From Tubulanus polymorphus (taxonomy: Eukaryota > Animalia > Nemertea): a DNA stretch of 64,000 nucleotides. The notes beneath the pieces were generated by a model, which searched no databases, was not told the origin of the DNA, and saw only the letters and a list, made by a program, of their open reading frames with translations. The DNA is taken from positions 1,736,001 to 1,800,000 of the forward strand of contig NC_134031.1 in NCBI RefSeq assembly GCF_964204645.1, written 5' to 3'. The position numbers and the translations under genes are program-made. Shown one piece after another: positions 36,982 through 51,900 of this stretch (the first letter of the stretch is position 1; the number at the start of each line of letters is the position of its first letter).

Positions 36982-39900
36982 CTACTTTCCGTAACAGCTG
37001 ACGGCGTGGAAGAAGCAGTCTCTGATGTAGTCGCGTTTGCGGTTCATCGTTTTGATGTAGTTCTCGCTTGCTCCGCGTTCCTTCATGCTCTCGATGGCGG
37101 CTTCGATCAATCTGACGAGAAGTTTGCCGGTAAATTGCCGTTCCGATTCACTCAATCCAGTCTGAAAATAGGAGAATCAACGACTCGTTTTACAGAAGCG
37201 AACATGATTACATACGTATCTTACTCTCAACGTCTTTGATAGCGCTATGGACCCTAAAACGACTGGTTTTTTAACCGACTCAAAATCGTAGATCTACAAC
37301 CAAGATCTATCGTCCAAAAACGATTACGCAGTATTTTCGTCGAAACTCATTGAAAACTAATTTGGATCGGCGGCGGACTTTTCATCGGTAAACACACGAC
37401 CTGGACCTACTGGACATTAAGAGTTCATTTTTAATGAGAACTCTGAGTCAAATTTTAACTCAGAGAACTGTGGAATCGGGCCCTGATGCATAAATGGACG
37501 AACGTCTATTACATTACTGACCAACAACTTGGCGTGTTCATAGATAACCAAGCGTTTCCCAGATCACCGATTCAAATCCAGGCCCGTGTTCCCGGTTTTT
37601 GGGACAATAGATGGTTGGCCCTTTGTCGCAAAATGCATCCAGTATATATGTACCTGTAAAAACCTCTAGATACCGAAATGAAAAAAAAAATTGATTTTTG
37701 TATAACCTCATCTTTTTTGTTCAATTGGTCTGCATACCATAATACACGAAATAAGAAACATCGTTTATTTCTATATTCAACAGAAGGACAGGGACCAGTT
37801 GCTCAAAGGTTGTGGTAATAAACCGGTGGATAAATACCACAGTAACCATGAATATTTAATTGTCATCATGTCAACTAAACACTGGTTAGCTCTAACCAAC
37901 TTTTGAGTAACTGATCCCAGAAATGTAAGACGGAAGTCTCGAAATGAGCGAGGAACTAATGTAATGCGACAGTCAATTGAAAAGGAATCCACAAAAATTC
38001 TGATGTTGATTTTCGGGAATGCCCTTCATTGCTTTGTAATGGGGAAACTGATCGGTCAGAGGTGATACAAAGTCCATCATCTCAATTGAATATCTCGTTG
38101 CCTTGGGCCGAACACTCAATGCAAAATTATTGGCTAGAATAGATTTCGCACCAATTCTAACTGATTCTTTTCTTCATTGTTTTAGAAATATCCGTTGTTA
38201 TAATAACAGAAACTCGTATGAATATTTGCGGCGTTGATTAACGTCTGGTATTTCGTTATCTCCGGTAAAAACTGATTCAATTCTAATATTCGGTGGATTA
38301 TTAGCTGAACGTACCGTGGGGGTATTTAATTGATCGCTAGCTGACTTTAACCCTGGGTTATCAACGCTTTTGAAGTACTGTGTCTATGTAATTATCGTCT
38401 TATATTTCATATACTGAATTATGAATAATGAATTATATATTTCACGTATTTTGACAAACAGATACGAAGAGAAACGAGGCTATTGATAGAAAAATTCATT
38501 GCAAAAATATGTCATTTCGCTTTAAAGCATTACCTTTGGGGTTCTATAATTATATAACGTGCGAGATAATGATTTTCTAAAAGGCACCTCGAAAAAACAA
38601 CCATGAAATCGTTGGACCACACGTGACAAATGCCACTAATGACCATCCACCCACGAAAAATCGGTGGATTAGGAAAAATGTACGTTATTGTTACGCGTGG
38701 TGACAGTGGTGACTATGCGTCTGTATATAGATCTAATTTCATACAACCAAACCTAATTACGCGCTAAGATTGCGATTTTATTTCACCACGGAATAGATGG
38801 CCGTCGAGGAATGATTATAGCGAATTCTTCTTTGAACGAAAAAGTCGAAGTAGCCCCCGGCAGGTGACTAATTAGATGGTGGTAATTGGAGTAAAATCGT
38901 TATTGTATACTGACAGAAATATCGCCACGGAAAAACTTGCTAAAGTTGTACAGCTTAATTTCATAAGTTGCTACAAGGTAGTGCTGCAGGAATCTCCTCG
39001 AGTCTCAACCAAATCGATGCGACGCAAAGGAATTTAATTTCCATAGATTTTTCAAAGGTTATACACGATAAAGAACAATATGACGCCGCCAGGAGGCATT
39101 TCGTTCAGTTCTTCCTGAAATATACCGATGTAGTTTTGCAGGTTGTCTGGCAAAGGATCGAATGTTTGCGTCAAAAAGTCTCGATTGCTATGATCGAAGA
39201 ACCTGCCAACGGATCAAATGTCAAAACGCTTGCCTGGGAAAAGTCTATTTTCGGTGATCGTTTAACGCAGAAACATAGTTCATAGAAGTAATTAACCCAC
39301 TGTAGCGCGCACGACAAGGAAACGGTTTTCCTTTCACCGGTGAAGGAAAGACCAGAAAACACCACACAGAAAAAAAACGCATTTCGCCATCGAAAAAAGT
39401 CTTGCTTGCTCGATTTGGTCGAACCGTTCTGACTGCGTGTGTGTTGGGCCGTTGCGACACTTTTCCCTTTGATATTGAAACCTTTGAAACCCCAAACAAC
39501 GCACGTTAAAGACTGAGAGCGCCCTCCACAAAAGAAAATCCACCGTGACATAAACGTGAAATCGAAAACTTATTTCCACCTTCGAAACCCTACTCTAGGG
39601 ATAATTGAAACTTACATCGCGCTTGAGCCTCGATGATCGTCTGTTGAATGATTAGATCGGGTTAAATGAATTGAGACTGTCAAACGACAAGCGGTCGAAT
39701 TTATTAACGCAATAAAATGCACAGATATCGAATTGTCAATTTTCGAAGACAGATCGGGCCTCACTCGCAACACAAAACCATTAGAACCAGACAACTTGTG
39801 TAACTCGAAACTAAACATAACTCATCATTTTTATCTGGGCAACTGTAACGAATTTTATTCGATCTACATTTCCTGCCCTAATCAATACCGAATTTAATGG

Positions 39901-42900
39901 AGCTGTGTTATATACAGCACGTGTTGTAGTAATAACGAGATAGAATACATTAACCGTTACATTCAAGTCGCATATTGTTAATAGTCGCGGAGCACTTAGA
40001 GAAATTATTCATTTTATAGAAATCAATGATCTGACGAAATTGAAGTGGTAATTTTTTCACATTCATTTTTTTCAGCTGATGTTCTCTGTTTCTGAGCTCT
40101 ATTTCGGTGTATGTATACAGATGCCTCTCGAGGCTTGTCAGTAGCGAGGGAGACAAATGATGTCTGATGTTTCCGCGGGTCAGGGTGCTCTCCCGCGGGG
40201 GTCATAGCGCGTGCGATTATACTATAACCGTGTGGATGAATATATCATCAAGTCCTACTCTAGCCAGGGGCCAGCCTCGCTTGCCAGGTTTCGGTTGCCT
40301 CCCGTCGAAGCTCACCAATGTGACGTGTGTACTTCGGCGAGAAGCAACCGGGGATGACCAGTGGAGATGACCAGGGGTCGGTGAGATGGTGGGTTGACGA
40401 TTTATTAATCACTGGTCAAGACACCGCGAATATACAACGAACGCCAACGGCAGGTTAATATCTCGATGACATCCAGAGCTTTTCTTGACCTTCTAGTGAT
40501 TAGAACGGTGTTCTCACGTCGGGTTGTGGTTTGCGCGTCTCACCGATTGAGTGACATTAGCAGATGCAACGCATAAAGACAGATTAAGAGAGATTTATTG
40601 CTATGGCAAAGATTCGTACTATTCGTCTTTTGGGACCCTAATGGACCTGCCAACTGAAAGTGGTGCGCTTTCCATTCTATTTCTCTGACCAGCGTCGTAT
40701 GAGGATGAAATTCTGTTTCAAAGCTGAATCACATTGCACGTTTACAGAGTGGTAGCATATTAAGTTTAAAGTCAATGCAATGTATCTAAATTTTCTACAT
40801 TTCCCATCATTCTGAATCGCATGGTGCGGCAGAAAACCCGTTATCGCTGCTTTGCGGCTATATTTATATAATATGTATATTTATCTTAAAGAATCGAAAC
40901 ATGTACCTAGAAATATACGTAATTATCTTTTAACAGAATTAGCCGCCAGAAAAATAGCCACAATGCACAACTGCGCAGCAGACGTGTTCGCGCATAAAAC
41001 CGTTAAACGCTTTTGCTTCGGTTTAAATTTCAAATTTCGATCGGAAAGTGCACGAAGCCCGGATCCGATTAAAAGATAATGATCGATTAGAATATTAGAA
41101 TTTCTCAAGACGACGAATACTCGATGTTTTGTTTATTCGGAAAGAGGAGAAGAGTATCAGACGAAACGCGAACGTCTAAAAGTAGAAAATTGCACAAATC
41201 TATTATGAAGCTACTTCACCGAATGAACGCGATATAAGCCTTAGTAAGGAGCATCTTGGAGATGTCGTAGATCTTAGAGAAATCGAAATATCAAAATAGA
41301 ATTCATTTGTTAATCTAATTTGCCTTCAGGTCGTAAACAGGGATCACTTTAGAATTGATAAATTCGAGATCGTTCGCTCAAAAATGATTTTTTGATGAAT
41401 TTAAGATTCCTTTTGGAAAAAAAACTCGCAAAAAATCCACAATGATAGTGATGTGATGAAGTAACGAATAATGAGAGATTAAAAGTATGGTCCCCGGGCA
41501 GGTGTTTATAAATGGGTATCAATTTACTGTAGTTGCGAAGCCTCACTAATCTCTCACTCCTTCGTGATATAATCAGAAAACTGTGGCGCTTTTAGCGCCT
41601 TGCCGCCGCGCATGAAGGTTTTAAGCTTTTAAAAAACTGTCTAAATCTTCGTTGTTGATCTAATTGAGAATACGAAGCCTTTGCGACAGCGCGGGAATAT
41701 TATATATATATATATATATAAAGACGACAACGCTAAAAACCTTGCGCTTAACTCCATTCAGAAATGCGACCACCTTAGGACCCATGTTGCACCGTCGCGA
41801 CTCTAAATTTAGAAAATGGTCTTGGATCTTAGAACTAGTTTAGGTTGTTAGCAGGTTACACTGCTCAATTGGGTCTGGGTTTAGCTGTTGATGTGGAATT
41901 AGTTTACTTCTAGTTCAGCGGATGAATTTCGACAGAAAACGCAAAGCGATTTTCTCTTTTGGGAGTTTCAGTTGGCCTTGACCTTTGGTTTGAAACTTCT
42001 TCGATTCTTCTTCACAGTCGACTTGTTTCGCGTCGATCTCACCCAACAGACGATTGAATATCACTTAAACAGAAACAGCTCTTAGCGAAAGTATATCATT
42101 CATCAACTGATTTTACCCGGCAGTAAAATTGCCACCTTAAAGCGGATTTTACAAAGACCAAACAAAACCTGCCACGTAGCCACAATTCTCGATTAATTAC
42201 GAGTTGAAAGCTCGCTTGATTCTGGTTGTTAACGAGGCAGCATCGTTGAGTTATTTATCACGTAACAATAGCAGGGACTTTAATAGTTATTAATAAGTCT
42301 ATTTATCACCTAATCATGTGGTATTTTACTGCCGTTATGAGATGAGTCAGTGAAGGGAAGGCACACAGACCACTGTCACGCTTCGTTGAACAACGAATCT
42401 CGACGCGTAAATACACGACTTTAGTTCATCCGTCACGATTCGTCGTCAATAAAGTTCAAAACTTGATCTTTATCATTCGTAATTCGTTTATGAAAAACGC
42501 GAGCGGTAAAATGTGAAAGATGAAAATATAACGAAGACCTCGAACGCCTTCGCGTTTGCGCCTGGATAATTATAGAATCTTGAAAAGGAAATGATTGAGT
42601 TATTTGAGTCCTTAGAGTGCACTGTTTGGTTTAAAGATCCATGACTATTTTTGCAAAAGGATCCTCAACAACGAATGCGATGAAGATATTCCATTTTAGA
42701 ATATTCTCTTGAATATTCTTAAAATGTTGTCTTCTGTTTTTAGATAAAATTGGCTATAGAACCACGGTGGGATTAGACTGGTCTGAATTGTAATCTGCAC
42801 TGGCTCCAGATGAGCTTCTATTCTACACGATTAAAATGAAGGGATGGAGGAGGGGTGTGGGTGTAAATCACGCGAGTGCTCGGTTTAATATTCGATCGTC

Positions 42901-45900
42901 ACTCGGGCCGTTACGACTTCCAGAGGGAATTTAAAAAGTTTAGGTTCCTTTTTCTGGGTTCTATCACTGTATATCACCCGTGTTCATTTATCAACGGCGA
43001 ATGTTGTGTGTGTCCGTAAATGGTAAATGTATTTTTGTTTACGGTTGGTTGCAGGAAATACTCTCGTTAATATCGTCATTTTCATCGCGTAGCCATTACG
43101 AATAATATCTTACAGGATATTTTTTTTTAAACGCGCGATGATCAATCAGTGATCGATGCGGCTTTGTTTCGTAAGAGTGGACACATCATAGTCTGGTGTC
43201 ATCGCTTCCGAGCCGAACACACGTCGAGCATTTCGATCGTCTTTGATCATCGTCCAGTGTAATTCTTGTTTACTTACGCAAAATACGAAATAACGCATTT
43301 AGCAAGAAGCGCCAATTAAGACTGGCGGTCGTAGCAACTCCCTGGGTAGATTCGTCTGTTAAGCCGGGCATATGTCGGCCTTGCGGTGAATCGCAGTAAG
43401 TCGCAAACCGTCGGGAAAAGGCCGACCTAGCTGAAGTAGGATACGGGACGCTCTATAGGGTTATTGAACGATAGAATCCAATACACCCGATCAACAATAA
43501 AGATTAACCAAAATGGTTCATTCTCGCTGACCGGATGGATTTTGTCAGTCGCGAATGCTGCTTATCCTGATCCGGTCGCGCAGACAAACAGACACCGCGT
43601 CTGCACTAGGCACTGAACCGGAAATCACACATCAAACATGCGGATTAATCGCAGGTGAATTTCCGGCATTTCACACTTTCAGAAAAAGTAGCGCCGGAGA
43701 TTATTTGGGGTATGTTTGCTCTCGATGCAGAAAGTCCCCCCGAGCGAGTTTCGCTTCTCTCATCTCTAGTTAACACCTCGAAATGACAACTAATACCGCT
43801 TTTAAAAGCTCAAAAATCAAAGATACATTTTTTTCTGTGTGTTCGTCGCCTGCTTGCAAAACTATAAGATGTTATTTGTGTGGAAATGAACCGGAAGTGA
43901 CGATGGCGGAAGTTATCGATGTCGTTTGGTTGAACGGTCAGTGTCAAGTAGTTGTGCGGATAATGACGATGTATGATCTAATGCGGCGTGTACGGACAAC
44001 TCGCATCTCCCATCCTAAAAGGATGTCACTTTTGCTCTTTCTGTCCGCGTAGGAAACCGATTGAAACGCTTAGATAATCCCGATAACACGATTCGGAATT
44101 AGTTAGATTTTTCCACTTGGAAACTTCCCGGGTTCTGTCGTTCTGTTTGACGTCGGGTTATATATAGTTTCACGTACTTTGATGCAAACATAACGCCTTT
44201 TCTTTAGAACGCTCCCAGCGTTCTGTTCACCAGATCATCAATAGTTTATTTATCGACAAAGCTAAGATGGTAACCTGTCATTACGCATTGCAACAGTGGC
44301 CATTTTCTGGTATGTGTTACCGGTGCAAATGGAAGGAAGTCTCTGTGTCCTTTACCAGGATCTGACTTCCGTTTCCGTTCATAATGATAACAATACTCGC
44401 GCGATGGTGTCATGCAGCGAATCACGTGATAGAGATTGTTCGTTCCACCAGGGAAGTTTCATTACACTTCCCTGGTTCCACTAAAATCGATTTCCAATAA
44501 CGGGATTTCTATTTTGTTATATTTCTATCCGATTTTTTTTAAAAGCGGGCATCAGATACTAGTATGTGACTTATGATACAGCGAGCAATAGCTTCCGCGA
44601 CAAATGAATTAAATTTGTTATAAAGAACAAACAACTGACGCTTGCTCTCAATATTTACCCAGCGTTTTGCCGTTTGTTTTGCCGTTTGATTACAATATGA
44701 AGTCGATGAATCCGATTGGACAAAACGGGCCAGTCAAACAATCTTTACCTGTCGACATGTTTGTACGAGAAAAAGGTATCTTCTTGCCGCACGACACAAA
44801 TCAGAAACCAGTGATGGGAGAAATGTGCACAACGTACTCTGATTACACTGTTCTGCAAACATCCTTTTTGTGACTAACCTTTTTTCGACGGTGTTTGCAT
44901 CTGCGTCTTTTGATGTTTTAAGTTCACTTTCGTCGCTATTTCCAGAGTTACGCACACAGCCGTACGGAGTACTAAATGTTTTACTTCCTCGATAGATTTT
45001 GCACCATATGGAATTGCATCGTTTTTCTCCTTATCAAGGCCCACAGCGTGCGGAGGGGGGGGGGGTGGTTCGACGAGTCCGGGTTCCAAACGAACTGATC
45101 GTTTTTTGTATATATATCGTATAAAGGTGGAACATTACATTTTTAACTATCACGACATAATACATTATATTGAATTTATTCATGTACTTCAGAGGCCATA
45201 TTCGGGGATTCAACTGGACCCTAACGGATTTTTTTAATCCTCAGACAAACTTATGTCATAAACGTTATAACCTGTTGTTTTTGTATCATAAATGATCGTA
45301 AGTTGTCAAATAAATGGAAATGAAAATATCTGAGCATCGAATCTTCAAGATCAGGGCCCGATAACGCCGTTCAGTATCAACCGAGCTCAAAACGAACACG
45401 TCCGCTCCTCACGAAAGATTTAGATGGACAACATGACACCCACTTTTGTTGTAAAGGTCTAGATTGATTCAAACGGCTTTGATATTAAAGACTCTTGCGT
45501 AATTAATTCATTATTTACCATGAAAGAAGCCCTTAGGCCTATTACAGACTGCCTCTTATTTTAGATATCAAGTTTCATTTGTGAAGTAGGTACTTAAATT
45601 GAAGTACCTCACTTAAATTGGTGGGTGCTGCTGCTGTAGAACAAGTCCTATTTCAATGTCTCATAGTTTTGTCTAAGTTTCTATAAAGTCAGTTTTTCGC
45701 TCTTGTTGTAAGTGAAAAAAATAAAATAAAAAGCTGCGTTGACTTGAGGAGACCCAGGTGCGTAAACTCGCGAATTCGTTAATGAATATGTATGATCAAA
45801 AGGTAATCGTTGATACACGACTGTAAACTGAACACACGTAAACACGTGGAATGTACACATTTACAGCATACAGGCCACTGTATTTTCACAGAACTCGCAG

Positions 45901-48900
45901 ATTTCCTACAGTAGCAACTATTTTGTCAGGCTTTTATTATTACTATTCTCAACTTTGTTGATATTTTCCAGGCAGACGCCGTGATTTCACGAGCCAATTC
46001 ATCGTTCTTTATTTTCATTTTGATAATTCAAGTATAAATCAATTTCAATTACATTTACCCTCGCAGAAACGAGACTTCTCCGTTTTCCTTAGATTGAATC
46101 GTTTGGCGAACCTGGCACGATTTTTTTTCTATCTAAGATGTGATCAGCGTCAATGACTTATGACTCGACACTTATGGGCTGGAATTACAACCTTACTGCG
46201 GAGTATTGTAACAGCTCAGACAGGACGCCCGACCTGAAATCCATCTCAAATTTGGAGGAGAATACGAGATGAAGTCGGCCGAGATCGCAATATCTTGCAC
46301 ATTCGAAGTCAAATAACGAGTTGCTTGTCGACACTGACGGACATCGACAATGAAGAACCTCGTCGAAAAAGCCAATGTTGTTATATACTCCGCTGTGCAC
46401 GATCGGAATATTCAGATGGTGTGACGTCCAAAAAAAGTTCCAGATCATTTGGCCAGCATTCATCAGAAATAGTTACCTATCGTTCATTAGCACTGACGCA
46501 GATTGATTGGAGAGTTCTGTAGACACGGTTGACGGTTTTCTCTGCAGATATTGGCCTGATCACACTGCATAAACCCCCGAACACAATTTACTGTCAGATC
46601 TTTTTAGAGTCAAAATACCAAACTGATATATAGACATGGCGTTAATTTTTCCTAAAAGATGTCGCCTCCTTAGTGTAAGGTAATTAATTATATTTGATTG
46701 ACGGACTGAAGGCCCAGATCTTTGCCAAATATAGAATGATCTTCTCACTATTGACCAGTTGTAGAAACCCGATAACGACCAGAAGGGCGTAGTAGCTTTT
46801 ATTGTTTTTAACATCATCGATAGATATCAATTTCACGTTTGGCACGAAGACAAAATGAACATTCGTTGCCTTAAAAACGAATAACAAAAGCTACGTCACC
46901 GTCGCTCGCATTCGATCCCCGAACTCTGCTCTTGGCGAAGTGTAGTGTCCTTTTTGTACACGGTTGTAAATTACGGGAAACTGACACCGAATCGATGGAT
47001 GTCACTGTAAGACAGAATAGCGTGACTATAGGTCTATAGAAGCGTTCCCAGTTTCACATCAAATAGATTAACTTTCAAAAGTGTAGCTTCGAAAAAACCT
47101 GGAAAACTTGTGCGCCGATAGTTAAATTTTGAAATAGAATTCCACGCGTCGTATAAAGGTGTAACAGACTATAATCAATACCGTGTTAATAGCGATCACG
47201 TGAATATTTTTGAAAATAATGATGTTTCTCTAAACGACTTTGATCACTGCTTAGTTAACGCCCGAAATTTCTCGAAACTTCTTACGTAATTGTGACAGTA
47301 AACTATCTATTTATATATATACCCTTAGCCCGCTTGCTGCATGCTAAAAAAGGATTGGAATTGGAAAAAGACAAAAATTCAAAAGTGGAATTGACGACAA
47401 TTTAGTCAATAGTGATAATGGGAAAGACACATTATATAATGGAGAAAAGGAGGAATAGTAATGCTGGGTCGATGAGGGATAAAATGAAGAGGGAATGGGA
47501 ATCATGTCTGAGAGATTCTACATGCATCTTTTCGTAAATCCCTGGAGAATGCCGAGGCATATTTTGTCTTTTAAAATGATGTATGAAATACGCGTCAGTT
47601 ATAGTTCCACAGTATTCGTCGCGATTGTACTTAAGGGCTTTGGGGGGTAAGGTTCTGACGCATTCTAATTCGAAGGTGTTCTACATAAGGTGGGGTCAAA
47701 TATGACACATAATTTGGTTCTCTAAGGGATCTTCGAACAAAAATTCATATTCGAAATTACTCGCACTTCGACAACATAGGTAAACGGATGTTTCAGGAAG
47801 CGAACACCCACAATATGAATCTAAAACAACTGTTGTTGTTTTATTCCTTACGTTTCGGGTGGAATAGTTCCACTTCCACCCATCTTCAGAGTTTATTTAG
47901 AAATGAGATTCATTGCTATCATTGCTGGTTTCATTGCTATCGTCGTTATACATTTTGTTGTCTTTTTGTACGGTTTTTCCAGGTAACGGAAATCTATAGT
48001 CATAATGATAATAATGATAATTATAATAAGATACCTCCGAGTGATTCATGTTTTATGTTGTGATTTTTTTTCAATTTTGGCAAAATCTAACGCCATCGAG
48101 GGATGTATCGAAAACGGGTTAAGGTGTGATTGAAAAAAAAAAATCTTTTTTATACATCTACAAATGGAAATACATAAATGTGATGATATAAAAAGTTATT
48201 TGAAGTATAAAGACGCCTGAGGAGCCTGACTGTGTAACAAAATATCGTTAACATCAAAAAGGCGCAAACGAATGCACAAAAACCTGTGATGCTGTGAATT
48301 ACAGTAGACTGTGTTCAATGTTTACGATTGGTTTTGAAAAAATATGATTCGTCAAATTTCGACAAATTTTTTGATCTCCTACGATCCAGACTTAAGGTCC
48401 AAGCAAAGTGAATATAAAAGACTGATGTTAAGTGGTAAGTTGCTATGGAACCAAGATGGTCTTAAACGGGCTTCAACCTGAGCCTGTGCAACTGGTCCCT
48501 GGTCCGCTGCAACTTTTGGTCAATGTTGCTGCGAAACTTAAACTAGATGTCCTCTGAGGTGTGATGCATCAGAAACGACATCGAGGAAGTTCTCAAGGGG
48601 CAGAATGGCTATTGTTTATTTGAGAAAAGGAGGAATTTGAAACAGCTATCAGAATCAATACGGAATTGGGTTTCCTATTGTATCAGTTTGTCTCGTTGTA
48701 GATGTCGTATGCTTTGCGCGGATTTTTTTTATATCGGAGAAATATTGCACGCATGTGTTTCATTGAAACAGAAATGGATGATAAGACGAGGTAGAAACTT
48801 CGCGTCGCGTCTCCGATTATCGCCTTTTGATCGCTGCAGAACTGGAATAGAATCACCGACTAAAAGCAATGTGACTCGTCACCAGAACGGCTAATCATTG

Positions 48901-51900
48901 AACCATTGAACAACGGGCAAAGTTTTATTGTCTGGCCGCCGGTAATAAAGTTAGCTGAAGTGTTAAATCCTGGAGGAGTTCACTAGTTATGACACAAAAT
49001 TCTCGAAAACATAAAATCGACTACACGAATCAATTCAGATCGTTCACTAACGCATTCTTAGTCAGGATCGGTATTGCATAATTAACTGATTTCGACTCAG
49101 AGTTATCACTCTAACTCACATCTGTAGTACCGGGGTATCGAAACCTTAATTGACGACTAAACTAGCAACAATCCGGCTAAATCGAAAAAAAATCAAAAAC
49201 TTTGTCCAAAAGATATCCCCACCGCGATGTGAAGATAATTGACAATTAAAATATTCTAGAAAATATTCGACAAGTGAATATCGCCACTGTGGGGCTCTTG
49301 CCTAATTCTAAGCATGCATAATTGGATTCGCTATCAACCAAAAAAATCGCATTTTTCGGTACGTAATTCGATACCGTTGATCATCGACGGCGGACGTGGT
49401 ACCGAGGTGCCCTAGAGACACTCTGGTCTCTGGTTCGAGCACTTGTCGCCGTGTATAACGTGTCTGATGATGGACATGCGCCGCAGTCATTTGTCACTGT
49501 GAACATGAATAATCGAACATACGGAGCACTTCGTAATTCAATATGTCGACGAGTTTGGTACAGTAACTAAGGTCGTTTACGGTGACAGACTACCAAGATG
49601 CATTCTGAGCTTCTTATAAAACCATTCCTCAAAACACTTGGTAGTTTTCCGAGCAACAGGAACACACCCTCAGAAAGTATTACATCTCTGAAAAACATTG
49701 CCTGGCGGGAATAATAGCTTATATGGAGCTTTTGAAAATAGATTTCATATAGAATTTGTTTTTGGAAAATTCGTAATTTCTTTTTGTGAGTGTCCTATGT
49801 TTACCGGTATTATCACCTTATCTTTGTGCTAAATAGAATACGTAAAAAGAGGCTTATAAACCTTCAACGGATGGAAAATACCTGCAAACCGTCATTTTAG
49901 CCTCGAACCTTAAACGCGTTTAGCGCGAATATACCTCATAGGGATACTTATAGACAGTAGCATCCGCATTAATCTCTTCCAGACGTCCTATCAACGCCTT
50001 TAGCGGTTTTCTAAAGCAATAATTCAGAACTGTATTCATATGTTAAAGGTGATTAAATTTTTTCCTAAATACTACGTATATATAGTTCTAAAAACAACTT
50101 TTCTGGCTGTTCCTAACTCGAAGTTCTCTTCCACCGGGAGCGACATTCACTACAGTACAGTTCTATTATAGAATTCGCAACGGAACACATTGCTATCTGT
50201 GATTTCAAATCTCGTAGATTCTCGTTAGATTCGCGTAGATTCTCGTAGATTCGCGTTACTTTGAAATTAATGTTATTACGATCAAATAAAATTATGACGT
50301 ATAAACAGGAAGCAAAATATGTTTTTTTTAGATATCTATTTTGCCAGAAGATCAAAGCGTTACTGTGAATAAATACACCACGCCCTTAATGAAAAATTAA
50401 CATATTTCTCAAAAAGAAAACTACCCGCATCCTTTTACGATCGATAGATTTTGAAATGATTTCTAAATCGATACGTTAGAGATATTGTTACTGAAATTCG
50501 AGTCGATTCGTTATCATAAATCGATCAGATTATTCTTCATGGATAGATCGGAAATAAAGCTATAAATCTCACATTTCTTTATTTCATTATTTTCTATTCC
50601 CTGGCGGCGTCGCTGCTGCCCACACTGCCGCCATATACATAAGTTCCTATATACGATAATGCTATACAGAAATAGAAGATTGATCATTTGCAATTAGCTC
50701 GGTACAAAAGGGTTTCTTTTAATAGAGAAATGCAGATGAATCAAATCGAAATAGATTTCCTTTTCTCGGTATTTAGAAAAAAAAAACTTTAATGATGGCT
50801 GATCTTGAGTTACGTAATATGCGATAAAATTGCACGATACAAAAGCAAAGTGAACCCAAAATGGTTCCTTGAGCTGTAGTTTATTTCGACGTGTCGATTA
50901 TATCCTCCTGGTGTCATGTTCAGGAGCACTGTTACTGGGATAAAGTCGAAACGTCAAAGTTATAGCTCAACGCGGGCTGTTTATATTCAGATTACTTTCA
51001 GTTTAACTCCTTTAAACCCGATATGAATTCGAAATTTCATTTGATTGAATCGCGAATAAGATTTTGTCCAGCACAGTTTCCCTCGGATGTCTGCGCATCG
51101 AGTGACCTCTGCCATCATCGGCGTTTTTAACGATGCGACGATATCTTTGATTTGCTTAAAAGCGTCCGGCAGAAAATAAACATCTTCTTGGATCGATAAA
51201 TGTCGCAGATGCGGCCACGTTCGGCGCATCATTACATCGGCATGAGTTCACAGTAACTCGACCAAAAACTGATAAACAGTTAGTGTGAGTCGTAACGCAA
51301 TCAAATCTGGGTGAGTTGCTTAATATTGATGATCGTATTATAGAAAAAAATGTTCTGGCAATATAAAAATAAGCTGTGACAGAACATAAGAACCATTAGA
51401 GAAAAAAGAAGCTACGTTCATCGTAGATTACAACTCAGTTTTATAGATCGGGGTAACATTTCCAATGCCCGTAACTCCAGAACCCTCCCCCGAAAAAATC
51501 TAGTTCCACGCGTTTTTTTGTTAAAAAGAAAATGTTCAAGATTATGACTTGGTGAACACGTTGGTTTTAGGCCTTACGTTACAAAGTTTGAGCTTTATAC
51601 AATGTTTAAACCGTGTATTCGACTCGATCTAAAACAAGAGTCCATGCACAAAACTTCCGACACGCCGGGTGACTATAACCAACTGGTACTAAGCCCAAGT
51701 TGTCGTGTAATCAACGGCTTGTCAGGTTTTTGAGTTTTAACTTTTTTCGAATATTCGAAAAAGATTAAGAACATTCAATTATCGACAATGATTACGGCGC
51801 TAAGGTGGCTGTAGTGTTTTGAAGGTGTAACTGCCGTGCTTATTGTTTGTCATATGATTGATGATTAAACAGTGTTTGGCTGCACGCGCGCTTCGGGATT

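Noticed and set aside
37515-37653. Candidate middle exon of AstC (tttttacag acceptor on minus)
   Set aside because: All three frames hit stops; the plus strand resembles a decayed tRNA-SINE head (gattcaaatcc)
38968-39579. Cluster of 80-126 aa ORFs in the AstC intron
   Set aside because: Overlapping on both strands, mostly non-ATG starts, no recognisable protein motifs
40261-40350. HDV-like ribozyme
   Set aside because: No P1 complement, and P3 around CTCCCGT does not pair
41913-42064. ~50-codon minus-strand open stretch in the AstC intron
   Set aside because: Weak AAG acceptor, wrong phase for exon 1, no peptide motif
48217-48270. CTGAGGA-gcct...aggc-GCAAAC hammerhead-like string
   Set aside because: GAAA box interrupted, no NUH triplet or stem I
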